A stretch of DNA of 64,000 nucleotides. Origin: Chiloscyllium plagiosum. Lineage: Eukaryota. Both the position numbers and the translations under genes were made by a program. Shown here one piece after another: positions 11,370 through 23,409 of the stretch (position 1 is the stretch's first letter; every line of letters starts with the position of its first letter). Under the pieces are notes generated by a model. The model was not told where the DNA came from and made no database searches. It saw only the letters and a list, made by a program, of their open reading frames with translations. The DNA is taken from assembly GCF_004010195.1 (NCBI RefSeq), contig NC_057719.1, forward strand, positions 14,134,364-14,198,363, written 5' to 3'.

Positions 11370-13200
11370 GCAGAAATTTCTGGAGAAACTGAGAATTAGC
11401 AGCTCGAATCCAGCAAAAACTGGTTGCAGCTCAGAAAGAGTGGTGTTTGTGCTGAAGTCAGCTGGCCTCAGTGGGTGGGGAGGTGAGGTTAGGGCAGAGG
11501 AGGCGAAGTCCAGAGAGAGAGAGTGAGAAATGAAAGGGATATGTACACAAGGAGATTATGGATAGCAGAAGGAAAGCTGAATAAGAGATAATCAGAGCTA
11601 AGAGTGAGAAATTGAGTGAGCTATATTCAAAATAACCTGTACAATGTGATAATGGGTCTAGGACTATGTGAGAATGGGTGACTATGCTAAAAACAATCCC
11701 ATATCATAATAGAACAGGGTGTGGGGTCGGTTAAAAAACTCACAGAAGTTTGGAAAGGAATCCCCAGGCCCTAAAGTTATTAAACTCAGCGTTGAGTTCT
11801 GGAGGCTATGGAAAATGAGATGTTGTTCTTCGAGCTTGTGGTGAGGCACCTTTTGGCTCTGCAGCAGGCCCCTGACAGAAATGTTGGTGTGTGAACAGAG
11901 TGGTGTGTTGAAGTGGCAGGCAACTTTTCAGGAACATTTCTGCGACAGAATGTAGGTGTTCTGCAAAGCGGCCACCCAGTTTGTCTGCCCAGTCTAGAGG
12001 AGTCCACATTGCAAGCAGAGAATACACGAGAGCAGATTGAGAGAAGTTCAGGTAAACATAGAACATGGAACATTACAGCGCAGTACAGGCCCTTCAGCCC
12101 TCGATGTTGCGCTGACCTGTGGAACCAACCTGAAGCCTATCTATCCTACACTGTTCCATGTTCATCCATTTATTTATCCAATGACCATTTAAATACCCTT
12201 AGAGTTGGTGAATCTACTACTGTTGCAGGCAGAGCATTCGACACACTTGCTACTCTCTGAGTAAAGAAACTACCTCTAACATCTGTCCTATATCTATCAC
12301 CCCTCAATTTAAAGCTTTGTCCCCTCATGCTAACTATCATCAACTGAGGAAAACAGGTCTCACTGTCCACCCTATCTAACCCTCTGATTATTTTATATGT
12401 TTCAGTTAAGTCACCTCTCAACCATCTTCTCTCTAATGAAAACAGCCTCAAGTCCCTCAGACTTTCCTCATAAGACCTTCCATCCATACCAGGCGACATC
12501 CTGGTAAATCGCCTAGTAAAGCACTGTTCCACCTGGAAGCTGTGTCTGGGGCCTTGGATACTGAGAAGGGAGGAAGTAAATAGGCAGGCATTACAGCTTC
12601 TGCAATTGCAGGGGAAGGTGTCGTAAGTATGTAGGGAGGTATTGACAGTGGAGAAGTGGACCAAGGTATCCCGGAGGGAATGGTTCTTGCAGAAAGCTGA
12701 CAAACGAGGGGAGGGAATGTGTGTCCCATGGCATCCCATTGAAGGTGACAGAAATGGCGGCTTACAATCTTCAGATGCAGAGGCTGGTGGTTTGGGAAGT
12801 CAGGACCAGGGGAACGCTATCATTGTTGTGGGAGGGAAGAGAAGGATTGAGGGCAGAACTGCGGGAGATTGGTCTGACATGGCTAAGGGCTCTGTCAGCA
12901 ATGGTGGCAGGGATCTTCAGTTGAGGAAGAAGGTGGATGTTTCTGAGGCTGACCGGTGGAAGGTTGCATCATCAGATGTAACGGAGATGGAAAGACCAGA
13001 GGAATGGGATGTAGTCCTTACAGGAAGGAGGGTGTTTGATGTATCGTCCAGGTAACTGTGGGCGTCAGTGGATTTGGAGTGGATCTCAGTGGTCAGCCTA
13101 TCTCCATCATGAAAACAGAGATGTCAAGGAAGAGAAGAGAGGAGTCAGATGGACCAGGTGAAGGAGAGCGCGGGTTGGAAATTCAAAGCAAAATTGTTTC
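11370..13200 (-). mobile_element. Degraded Penelope-like element (RT C-terminus, Cys-rich linker, GIY-YIG endonuclease remnants), interrupted by a CR1
   Basis: Minus-strand LSAFCKNHSLRDTLV..TFPCNCRSCNAC.FT....IQGPRHSFQVEQCFT (about 12520-12710) and GGRFAEHLHSV (about 11950) match the Penelope linker and GIY-YIG region. Confidence 0.7.
12058..12514 (-). mobile_element. CR1-clade LINE 3' end inserted in the Penelope element
   Basis: RRFTRMSPGM..SYEE.LR.L.LFSLERRWLRGDL..FFTQRV in ORF 12170..12739; TGTTCTATGTT-type tail at about 12060. Confidence 0.85.
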
Positions 13201-13229
13201 AATTAATTTTCTACTTAGCTTAAGCTTAT

Positions 13230-13450
13230 CATAGAATCCCTACAGAGTGGAAGCAGGCCATCCTGCCCATCGAGTCCACACCAACCCTCCAAAGAGCAAC
13301 CCATGTAGACCCCAACCCTACCCCATAACCCCACATTTCCCATGGATAACCCACCTAGCCTGCACATGCCAGGACACTATGAGCAATTTAGCAACTACCT
13401 AAGCTGCATATCTTTGGACTGTGGAAGGAAACTGGCACAGATACAGGGAG
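13230..13450 (-). mobile_element. HE1/V-SINE-like SINE fragment
   Basis: Matches the 3' half of the SINE family repeated throughout the window (ATAGAATCCCTACAG..GGAAGCAGGCC..CCACCTAGCCTGCAC..TCTTTGGACTGTGG). Confidence 0.7.
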
Positions 13451-13779
13451 AACAGATGCTGCCTGATCTGCTGTGCTTTCCCAGCAGCAAACTCTCGACT
13501 TTTATCTCCAGCATCTGCAGTCTGCACTTTCTCTTCTCAATAGTAAAGGGTACAGGCATGTGTTTCTGCAGCCACAGGCGTGAGTCCAGGATGGTGGGGT
13601 CAAGGATGTCACTGAGCGGAGTATTTAGATGTGCATTTGCAATGCCAAGGAATACAGGGCCAGCAGACAAGTGCTGGAAAATAGGAGTAGAATAGTTACA
13701 TGCTTGTTTTTGACTGGCACGGAGGACTGAAGGACCTTTTTCTGTGCTGTGGACTCTATGACAATAAGGACTGCAAAGC

Positions 13780-16700
13780 ATTCTGAAGGAGAGTGAACAA
13801 CCAGAAGTTATGGGTCATATTGTTACCAATGACATAGAAAGAGAGAGGAGCTGCTGCATCAGGGAGCTAGGGAAATTAAAAAGCAGCACCTCACAGGTTT
13901 TAATCTCTGGATTACTCCAAGTGAAATATTCTAATGAGCATAGGAATAAGCAGATGGACCAAGTTAATGCGAGGCTGAAGAGTTGCTGCAGGAGGGAAGG
14001 ATTTTGATTCATAGATCACAGGATCCATATCTAGGGGCCTGTACAGGTCTGACAGGTAGCTCCTACACTGAAACAGGGCTAACATCCAGGCAGGGGGGTT
14101 TGCCAGTGCTGTTGGTGAGACTTTAAAGTAATTTGGCAAGAGAAAGGGATATGGAGTAGAGGTACAATAAGAGAAGATGCACAGACTATTATAAAAAAAA
14201 CAGAAACAAGTCAGTATAAATCCCAGTCTGACTATTTAGTCATGTTAAGACATAGGGGAGTTCAGCAAGGGTGGTTTATGTTTACTTTAATGTAAGAGTC
14301 ATGTGAGTAAGGCAGATTAACACATGGCGATATGAGGTATCATCATTATCGCAGAGACATGGATGAGGGAGGGGTCAGATTAGGCAAACAAAAAGGGAGT
14401 AATGTAAACGAGGAGGTGTCACTATATTGATCAAGGAGTCAATTACAGCAACATGAAGGGATAATATCTCAGAAAGCTACTCGATTGTGGCCATATTTTG
14501 GAACTTTAAAACAAGAAATGCCTAGTCATATTGTTGGGAGTGATCTGTGGGCCCTCAAACAGTCAGGGAGAGGTCAAAAGTTAGATCTATAGGCAAGTTT
14601 CAGACAACTGTCAAAGTAATACAGTGACAATAGTTGCAGACTTCAATTTTACCCCCATATTAAATGGGATAGGTAATGCCACGATAGCTCGAGCAGGCTA
14701 TAGGGCTGCTCTCCCACTACAGAAAGAGAGAAATGACAAGGACAGTCCATCATGGTAACCTCAGCCGATAGACAAAGTAGGAAAGGCTGAGAGGGGAGAG
14801 CCTGTTAAGTCCTACATGACACATGGCTGTGTTGTACTTAATTTTAGGGAATGAAGTTGGGCATGTGGTAGATGTGGAAGCATATTGGTACTGTAACATG
14901 GTAAATGTTAAAGTAATTGTGGATAAAGACAAATATGGACCAGAAATAAAGATTCTGAATTTGGGGAAGGCTGTTTTTTAATATAGTAAGACAAAAGTCA
15001 GCCAAAGTGGCCTGGAAGCAATTACTTCTGTGAAAATCTACATTCAAGCCTTTCAAAAATGGGAGAGTGAGAGTGAAGGAACAACATATGAAGAGTGAGA
15101 CCATAGATTCTAGAGAACCCTGGATATCAAGGTTTGTACCAGATAGGATAATTCACGAAACAGGAAGCTGATGGTAGATTCCAGAGGCTCAGAATGCCAG
15201 AAGCTCTCGAGATGCAGGTGGTTACTTAAAAAAAGAAATTAGGAAAGTGAAGAGACGGGAATGAGGAAACACTGCAGGGTAAATTAGCTAAATATCGTAG
15301 AGTCATAGAGGTGTACAGCATGAAAATAGACCCTTCAGTACAACTCGTTCATGCTGACCAGATATCGTAAACTAATCTAGTCCCATTCACCAGCATTTCG
15401 TCCATATGCTTCTAAACCCTTTCTATCTGGATGTCTTTTAAATGTTGTATTTGTACCAGCCTCCATCACTTTCTCTGGCAGCTCATTCCATACTTGCACC
15501 ATCCTCTGTGTGAAAAGGTTGTGCCTTAGATCACTTTTAAATCTTTCCCCTCTCACCTTAAACCTATGTCCCTAGTTCGGGACACCCTGACATTGGGAAA
15601 AAAAGCCTTGGCTGTTCACCCTATGCGTGGCCCTCATGATTTTATGAATCTCTCTAAGGTTACCCCTTGGCTTCTGATGCTTCAGGGAAAGGAGCCCCAG
15701 CTTATTCAGCCTCTCCCTATAGCTCAAACCCTTCAACCCTGGCAACATCCTTGTAAATCTTTTCTGAACACTTTCAAGTTTCACAACATCCTTCCAAAGC
15801 AGGAAGACCAGAATTGAATACAATACTCCAAAACCAATATCCTGTACAGCTGCAACATGACCTCCCAACTCCTACACTCAATGCACTGACCAAGAAAGGA
15901 AAGCATACCAAATGCCTTCTTCATTATCCTGCCTACCTGGGACTCCACTCTCAATAAACTATGAACCTACACTGTTAGGTCTCTTTGTTCAGCAAACTCC
16001 CCAGAACCTTATCATTAGTTTTCAGAACTAGAAGCAATGCACCCAAGGGTGTTGTGGGAGGGAAGGGAGGAGATTGCAGAGACATTGACATTAAGTTACA
16101 AATCTTCTCAGGAGACAAGACATGTGCTAGAGAACTGTAATCGATTCCTTGATCAATATTGTAATATCTCTTTTAGACCACTCATTGTTTTATTTTTGTT
16201 TTATCATGTGGTATGTTTGCTCAAGAAGGGAAATATGGATGAACCAGGGAGCGACAGGCTATTGAGTCTAACATTTATGGTAGGAAAATGATTGGTAAAA
16301 AAAGAATCTGAGGGTCAGAATTAATCTCCACTGGGACCAGCAAAGATTCATCAAGGACAGTCAGCAAAGCTTTGTAAGGTGGAGAGCATGTCTGACAGGC
16401 TTGATTGAATGTTTTGAGGAGGTGACTAGTTGTGTAGATGAAGGTGGTGCAGTGGATTTAGGTTACGTGATCTCTAGTGAGGCTTTTGATGTGTTCTTGC
16501 ATGGGAGACTGGTCAAGTCGGTAAGAGTCAATGGGATTCAGAGCAATTTAGGAAATTAGGTCAAGAATTTGCTTAATTCAAATCCAGGATTCCCTCAAGG
16601 TAAAATTGCATGTTAAGTCAGTAGTTAGGAAGGCAAATGCAATGTTTGCATTTATTTTGAGAAGACTTGAAGATAAAAGCAGGAATATACTTCTGAGGCC

Positions 16701-17520
16701 CTATATAGCTCTGGTCAGACCATATTGTGTTCAGTTTTGGACCTCATATCTCAGGAAGGATGTACTGGACCTGGAATGGTTTCAGTGGAGGTTCATGAGG
16801 AATGAAAAGTTTAATGTATGAGGAATATTTGTGGACTCTGGGTCTATACTGGATGAAGTTTAGAAGGTGGAAGGGGATCTAATTGAAACTTACAGAATAC
16901 AAAATGGCTATGACAGAGTGGATGCTAGAAGATGTTTCCATTGGTAGGAGAGACTAGGACTGCCTTAGAGTAAAGGAATACCTTTTAAAATGGAGATAAG
17001 GAGAAACTTCTTCACCCAGACAGTGGACAATCTCTGGAATTCACTGCTACAGAAGGCTGTGGAGGTCAGGTCATTGAGTACATTTAAGACATGGATCAAG
17101 GGTTACAGGGAGAATGGGGTTGAGAAACGTATCAGCCATGGTTGAATGGCAGGGAAGATTCAATGGGCTGAATGGCCTAGTTTCTGCTCCTTTGTCTTGT
17201 AGTCTTATGGTCTTATAACTACTTCCCCTTAGAGCAACCAATAACCAGTGGGCAGAGAGTTGTGGTAAAGGGCAGAAGGTTGAGAGGAGTGTAAAGAGCA
17301 ATATTTCACCCAGAGGATGGTTGGTATCTGGAACTCACTGACCAAAAGGATGGTAGTGCTGGGAGCTGTCACAACATTTCCAAAGTCTTTAGATGGTCCC
17401 TTAAATTGCCATAGCATAAGTGGCTATGTACTGAAAAATGGGACTCGAATAGATAGATACTTTCTGACAGTTGTGGAGAAGATTAGCCAAGGCACCAGTT
17501 TCCATGAGGTGCATCACAAT
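13780..17520 (+). mobile_element. Old, fragmented CR1 LINE(s) with nested insertions
   Basis: Decayed CR1 peptides (MHPRVLWEGREEIAE, KANAMFAFILR..LYIALVRP-like, FFTQ..LWNSL) in several frames with many stops. Confidence 0.7.
15300..16020 (-). mobile_element. CR1-clade LINE 3' portion, antisense and nested
   Basis: ORF 15572..15868 WKDVVKLESVQKRFTRMLPGL; AGTCATAGAG tail (reverse of CTCTATGACT) at about 15300. Confidence 0.85.
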
Positions 17521-17909
17521 GGCTCTAACATATGAAATAGGAACAGGAGGAAGCCGTTCGGTCCCTCTAATCTGCTTCATCATTCAATAAGATTATTATT
17601 GATATGATTGTGCCTCAACACCACAATACTTGCTACTCCAAATAACGTTTGACTGCCTTGTTAGTCCAGAAGTAGATGTTCACCTTAAGAATATTCAATG
17701 ATCCCACCTTGACCCCACCATGACCATCAATTTAAAAATCTCATCTCAGTTTTAAACTGGAGACCTCTTATTTCCAAAATACCTTCCCTCATTCTTGTCT
17801 GTCCCACAACAGGAAAACTCCTTTCATTTCTCTCTATGATGTCTTTCTGCCAATGCATCAAGACTTACTTGGATAAGTTTAAATATGGTGAAATGCTTGA
17901 ATCCCCTAC

Positions 17910-18146
17910 TGGGCACACAGAGGGTAGTACGTATATGGAATGAGCTGCCAGAGGAAGTGGTGGAGGCTGGTACAATTACTATATTTAAGAGGCATTTGGA
18001 TGGGTATATGAATAGGAAGGGTTTGGAGGGATATAGGCCAGGTGCTGGCAGGTGGGACTAGATTGGGTTGGGATATCTGGTCGGCATGGATGGGTTGGAT
18101 CGAAGGGTCTGTTTCCATGCTGTACATCTCTATGACTCTATGACTT
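17910..18146 (+). mobile_element. CR1-clade LINE 3' end
   Basis: Near-identical to 5265-5480; ends in a (CTCTATGA)n tail. Confidence 0.85.
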
Positions 18147-18289
18147 TATGTTGCGACTTTAGGGCTCACATTTGTGTAAGATTACAGGAACAGTAGATTT
18201 TTTTTCTCAGAATATTTCTGAATTGGGGAGGGGGGGGGATTTCTCAGCAGTTCCATAGCTGACCATCAATATTATTTGGCACAATGGTT

Positions 18290-19040
18290 ATGTATATAAT
18301 GCGTACAGAGTATATGACAATACTGTGGCTTTCAGAGACGTCCTTTGCCTTGGTTTTGTTTGAAGAAATTTTGATCCAGAGGTACAAAGCTGCCTCCTCC
18401 AAGGCAATAAAGTAAGTAGCTTGTGAGGCCTTGGGTTTTTTTTTTTCTAAAAGTTAAGACAATAGAAGCAGCCTGTTGAAGAAATTTTGATCCAGAGGTA
18501 CAAAGCTGCCTCCTCCAAGGCAATAAAGTAAGTAGCTTGTGAGGCCTTGGGTTTTTTTTTTCTAAAAGTTAAGACAATAGAAGCAGCCTGAATGGGTGGT
18601 GCCAGGCTCCCACACAACCAAGATTTGAATTTAGCTTTCAGGAGTTGTTGGGGTTTGAAGCTGGCTGTGGAAGCTGCCATATCCTTCTCCCAACCAGAAT
18701 TTTCTCTTGGATTGGAGAAACATCTCATTGAGATCATTTATTTTATTGAATTTGCCTTTGCCGGGGTGTTTTTATGGCGTATTAATATTTTGGAACAGTT
18801 GCTATTTTGTAGTTAAATAATCTATTACTCTGTTACATTTTCCAATAGAGTTAAAGTCATATCAATTCTTCTTTCTTTTGTTTGTATTTTAACTGTAGGG
18901 TATGAATAAAGCCGAGTGGAATAACAAATCGAATTACACGTGAAACACAATCCCTTACACTTGCCTTTAAGTAAGATAAAAGTTAGAGTCGAGGCTATCT
19001 CCTTGATATATTTGAAGGGGATTTGATTTGGTTCATTTGT
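18290..19040. mobile_element. LTR-like repeat containing a ~115-bp tandem duplication (about 18360-18475 and 18476-18590)
   Basis: The duplication is read directly. The LTR call rests only on resemblance (AATAAA at about 18905, overall layout); boundaries are approximate. Confidence 0.45.
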
Positions 19041-19479
19041 TACTCATGACTATGGGTAGTGGGTGGGGGCAGAATTGGTGTTGCCTTGGCTTTGAATCCA
19101 AATTGGTGCGGGGAGGTGACGGGGATGATACGGTGGTATGAGGAATGAGAGTCAAAGAGCTTATTGTCTTCATTATAAATGGGACAGAGTCTCAGAGTAA
19201 AAGTCAAACTCTCCAAAATTCAATGTCGTCAGGTCAAAATTCTGGAATTCCCTCCCTAATAGCACTCCGTGTCTACCTACAACATATATTGCAATGGTTC
19301 AAGACGGCAGCTCATCACACCCTTTTCAAGGGTCATGGGAAATAGGCAATAAATGCTGGACCAGCCAGCAATCCTTTCATCCCATGAGTGATCTTAAAAA
19401 AAGGCAGCCCACCTCACCACTTCTGAGTTGAAATGGGGTGTTGACTCCATCCTACACCCATCCACAATCCACTAAAACA

Positions 19480-19829
19480 GAAACTCAAAGACAGAAATGA
19501 ACAAAAACAGAGACAGAGAGTAAAATAAAGACTGGAAGGAAGAGAAAGTTAGGGACAGAAAAAGACTGAGTGGGGAAGAGGGTCAAGGAGAGAGTGTGAG
19601 AAATGAGAAAGACAGGGAGACAAAGAGAGAGAGAGAGATTAAGAGGTAAAACCAGAAGGTTGATAGAGACAGAGAGAGAGAAAAAAATAAAATAAAATGG
19701 GAAAGAGAATTGGGGTGTGTGAGATAATAAGGGAACAGGCAGAGAGAGACATGGAGAGATGGACAGTCTGGACAGAAACTCTTGGAAAGTGAGAGAGAGG
19801 AAGAAACTCAAAGAGAGAAAGAGAGAGCT

Positions 19830-19860
<31 letters not shown>

Positions 19861-19897
19861 CAGAGAGAGAGACACAGAGAGAGGGAAAGAGAGAGAA
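19480..19897. repeat. GA-rich low-complexity tract / (GA)n microsatellite at the start of the protease-gene intron
   Basis: Long purine-rich run with (GA)n immediately after the donor at 19902-19901. Confidence 0.9.
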
Positions 19898-19902
19898 ATT
19901 AC

Positions 19903-20125
19903 CTTTTACTCCAGAGGTTCCATTTCTTGTGTTATCAGTGATTCCTTTGCACACTGTTTCTTTGGCACTCTGCTCTGTGACCCAGGGTTTCGTGGTAGTC
20001 TGGAGTTCCTTGGTTGGTGGGCCCTCTGAGCTGCTGGTTGGTGACTGGGATATAGAATGGCCACAAAGCAAAGCAAGCACCAAAACCAAGAGCCTAGAAG
20101 GGATAGCACAGAGTGGTGACTGCAT
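19903..20125 (-). CDS. Predicted first coding exon of the protease-like gene: signal peptide plus Ser/Thr/Pro-rich stalk
   Basis: ATG at 20125-20123 gives MQSPLCAIPSRLLVLVLALLCGHSIS-QSPTSSSEGPPTKELQTTTKPWVTEQSAKETVCKGITDNTRNGTSGVK. It ends at the donor AAG|GTAATT in phase 1, matching the phase-1 acceptor at 8837 (G+TT = Val of VCGRP). A pyrimidine-rich acceptor ctcccatcaccctgcaccccaacctag ends at 20143. Confidence 0.72.
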
Positions 20126-21037
20126 ACAATTCACAGAGACAGCTAGGTTGGGGTGCAGGGTGATGGGAGCTTCAGGGCTTCCAGCTGACCTCAGGACCAT
20201 GCACCCCAGTTGCTAAGGCCATTGCAGGATTCTCACTTGATAGTTTGCATACTACAGCATGGAAATTAAACCCAAATCCCTCTCAGTTAGCATTTATGTA
20301 TGTTAAACCATTTGTTCCTCAGGGAGAATGCTATTATCACTCAGATGCTTGGGGATTGGGCTTGGCCTTTGGATCTCAGTTGGAAACAAAAGCCAATGTT
20401 TGAGACCCAAGGAGGTGTTTTGGCCGCACGTTTCACCTCTGGGATGAATTAAGGCTGAAGCCAGGAGGAGATCAGCCTTTTATTGGGACCCATGGACAAT
20501 TGGAAGTGAGAGGGAGGGTCCAGTCAGCCATTAAAGCTCAGCCTGTAGCTTCGGGTGCACAAAGAATGCCCTAGGTGCCAGCACAAATCAGGGTTACACA
20601 TCCCCAACACATCAGCGGCTTGCTAGATCAGTCAGACCATGTGTAGGCACCTCCTACTCTGATCTATTGCAATGTAAATGTTTATCTGTCATCTATTTAT
20701 CTGACTGCAATGTTTGTCCTTTTAACGTTATTTCTTATTTTCCAACTTATGCTATAAATCACTGTTTGGTAATGTGACTATTATTTTCTTTATTTCTCTA
20801 TTTTGTATCTAAGATTTGAATCTCAGTACCTTTGTACCTAAGATGGCGCTGTGAGGGGAGACATTTTAAACTGTACTCCTGAACTTCTGTACTTGAGCAC
20901 ACTTGACAATAAACCTAAGTCCAATCCTAATTCTAATTGCAAGTGTCCAACATACCTCATGGTCCTTCAGCAAGAGCAGATCTGCTTTCTGTCGTAGAAT
21001 GAGCAACACACACTAACACAAATCAAACTAGAACAGC

Positions 21038-21100
21038 ACTCACTGACCTCTTGGACTGCTACGGTCTGTGATCTCTATCTGCTACTCACGTCACTCATCC
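21038..21100 (-). promoter_or_regulatory. Possible 5' non-coding exon end of the protease-like gene
   Basis: Overlapping donor-like sites GAG|GTCAGT (21047) and TCA|GTGAGT (21043) in non-repetitive sequence upstream of the 20143 acceptor. Speculative. Confidence 0.25.
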
Positions 21101-21689
21101 AGGAATGCTCATGGCTCAATCACATTGCAATAGAGGAAACTGCTTCAGGGTCACCAGAGACACAGCAGTGGGCTACACGCAGAGTAATGCTGTCTTTACA
21201 CTGCTCCTTTCCAGGCGGCTCATCTCTTGCCGTGGCGTTTAGAGATATTTGTGCCAGCGCCAGAGGAGAGGCTGTCCCTATCGGAATCACCATGTGAGGT
21301 ACCCCATAATGTTGTCAGCAGCTCCTCATTCATTACTGTGAGATCCATTAGACCTTCTCTGTTTTCCTGAAAGGGGCTGGGAGCTACAGGCTCCTCATCA
21401 CCCTTTGCCCCAGTTCTGGGCCTCAGAGGGTGGGACAAGTTGACGGAGCACAGTTCAACACACACATCGAGGTGAACAAAACACCAACAATCAAACATCC
21501 ATACCACAAGGTGCAAGTAGTTTTTCCTCTCAACGTTGTTTTAGTTTTAGCAATGATGACATGCTGATGTCATGGGGGAGAGTCTGTCTTCAATTGGTTG
21601 GTCAGGTGGAGTTGGGTCTTTTTCCTGTAAGAATTCTTTCTTTTAAGCTCTGTTGGTTTTGCTGTCTTCTTCCCACAGAGAGTGTCTAT

Positions 21690-22500
21690 TTTCAGGATGG
21701 CAGCCAGGGTCACAGGGATCAGAGCTGGGACCAGAATTGTTTACAGTTTACCCTAATAATTTGGATGATAGAAGTGAAAGTAGAATTGCTCGGGTTGTGG
21801 AAAACACTAAAACAGCTGAGAAGGCAAGTGGTGAGGATGACGCAGAGTCTATCCAGGGATAGAGGCAGATTAAGTGAGTGATCAAAATCTTGGCAAATGC
21901 AACATAGTGTGGTAAAATGTTAGGTCATGCACTTTGGCAGGAAGAATAGAGGAGCCAAATATTATTTAAATGAGAAAACACTGCAGCACGAAGGGCATTC
22001 AGGGTTCTAATGCACCAAGCAGAGAAAGCTAGAATCCAAATTCAGCAGGTCATACAAAAGGCAAATGCAATGTTGGCTTTTATCTAAAAGGGAATGGGCT
22101 TTAAAATTGGGGAAGTCTTGCGAAAACAATACAAAGTAGTAGTCAGGCTACACCTGGAATATTGCGAACAGTTTTGGTCTCCTTATCGATGGAGGGATAA
22201 ACTAGCATTGGAAACAGTGCAGACAAGGTTCACTAGCTTGGGCCCAAGAGATTTTCTCATGAGGAGCGTTTGAACAGCTTGAGCTTGTGCTCATTGGAAT
22301 TTTGAAGAATGTGAAGAGGTATTATTGAAATATATAACACGCTTTGGAAGACTCAACAGGGTGAATGCAGAGAGGTTGTTTCACAAACCAAAGGGCATAA
22401 ATAAGGCAGAGACGAGGAGGATTTATTTTGTCTGAGGGTGGTGAATTTGTCAAACTCTTAATGGAAAGAATTGTTGAGGCTGGGTCATTAAGTACACTCA
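21690..22500 (+). mobile_element. Degraded CR1 LINE (RT C-terminal half)
   Basis: QGSELGPELFTVYPNNLD (PQGSVLGP-like) and later HLEYC.QFWSP-like remnants. Confidence 0.75.
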
Positions 22501-22824
22501 AGCTGATGGTGGAAGAATAGGCTGCGTTAGATCTACACTCAGACTCAGTCCAGGGTGCTCTGTAAAGAAATGATCAGGATGGTTAGAGAGAGTAGTCCCA
22601 GGAGACATCGTGTTTGGGCATTTAGCCTTTTGAACGAGGCAGGAACCTGAGAGTTATCAAGAATATATGGATCATGGTATCTTCCAGAATACCTAGAGTA
22701 GACATCTAAGATGTGGTAGCAATGATTCTGGATGACTTGGAGATGGAACATTTGAAAACCTTTTTCTGTTAATAAATTCAGCCGCAGCGTAATATGACAC
22801 TGTCAACACAATGTTTCAAAATTC

Positions 22825-23325
22825 TTTTGCGGGATGAGGGTATCACTGGCTAGACCAAAGTTTGTTGCCCAGAGGGCAGTTTGAAGTCAACCACATTGCT
22901 GTGGGTCTGGAGTCACATTTAGTCCAGACCAGGTCAGGATGGCTGCTTCCTTCCCTAAAGGACATTAGTGAACCAAATGTGTTTTTCTGGACAATGAGGA
23001 GAAAATGAGGACTGTGGATGCTGGATGTCAGAGTCAAGAGTGTGGTGCTGGAAAAGCACAGCAGGTCAGGCAGCATCGGAAAAGCAGGAGAAGTGATGTT
23101 TTGGGCAAAAGGCCTTCATCAGGAAGGGAGGGCCACACTACACTCTCGACTTTTCCAGACAATTGGCAATGGATTCATGGTCATTAGTACTCTTAATTAC
23201 AGACTTCTATTGAATTCAAGTTCCACCATCTGCTGTGGTGGGATTTGAACCTAGGTCCCCCGAATATTACCTGAGTCTCTGGATTGACAGTCCAGCAATA
23301 ATGCCATGAAGCCTTTGCCTCCCCC
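22825..23325 (-). mobile_element. tRNA-derived SINE of a second family, with a Penelope repeat fragment inserted at about 22997-23125
   Basis: Reverse complement of the element at 35255-35575; the insert carries a decayed CTGATGA..CAAAA hammerhead motif. Confidence 0.55.
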
Positions 23326-23409
23326 AGTCTAGAGTAGCCTGCACCTGGGGGAAACCAACAATATTGGAAAATCCCACTGTCAGGGCTGCAGCACTGACCT
23401 CATCAAGGA

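Noticed and set aside
11260..11370. Possible pogo/Tigger transposase N-terminal fragment (KSAKSLSTLRETVKVLAF)
   Set aside because: Too short and degenerate to support without a search.
19485..19941. Hydrophobic and ER-rich ORFs
   Set aside because: They are translations of the GA/TC low-complexity tract.
21220..21516. 98-aa minus-strand ORF upstream of the signal-peptide exon
   Set aside because: No recognisable domain, a TTG start, and its own stop before the candidate donors; not supportable as coding.
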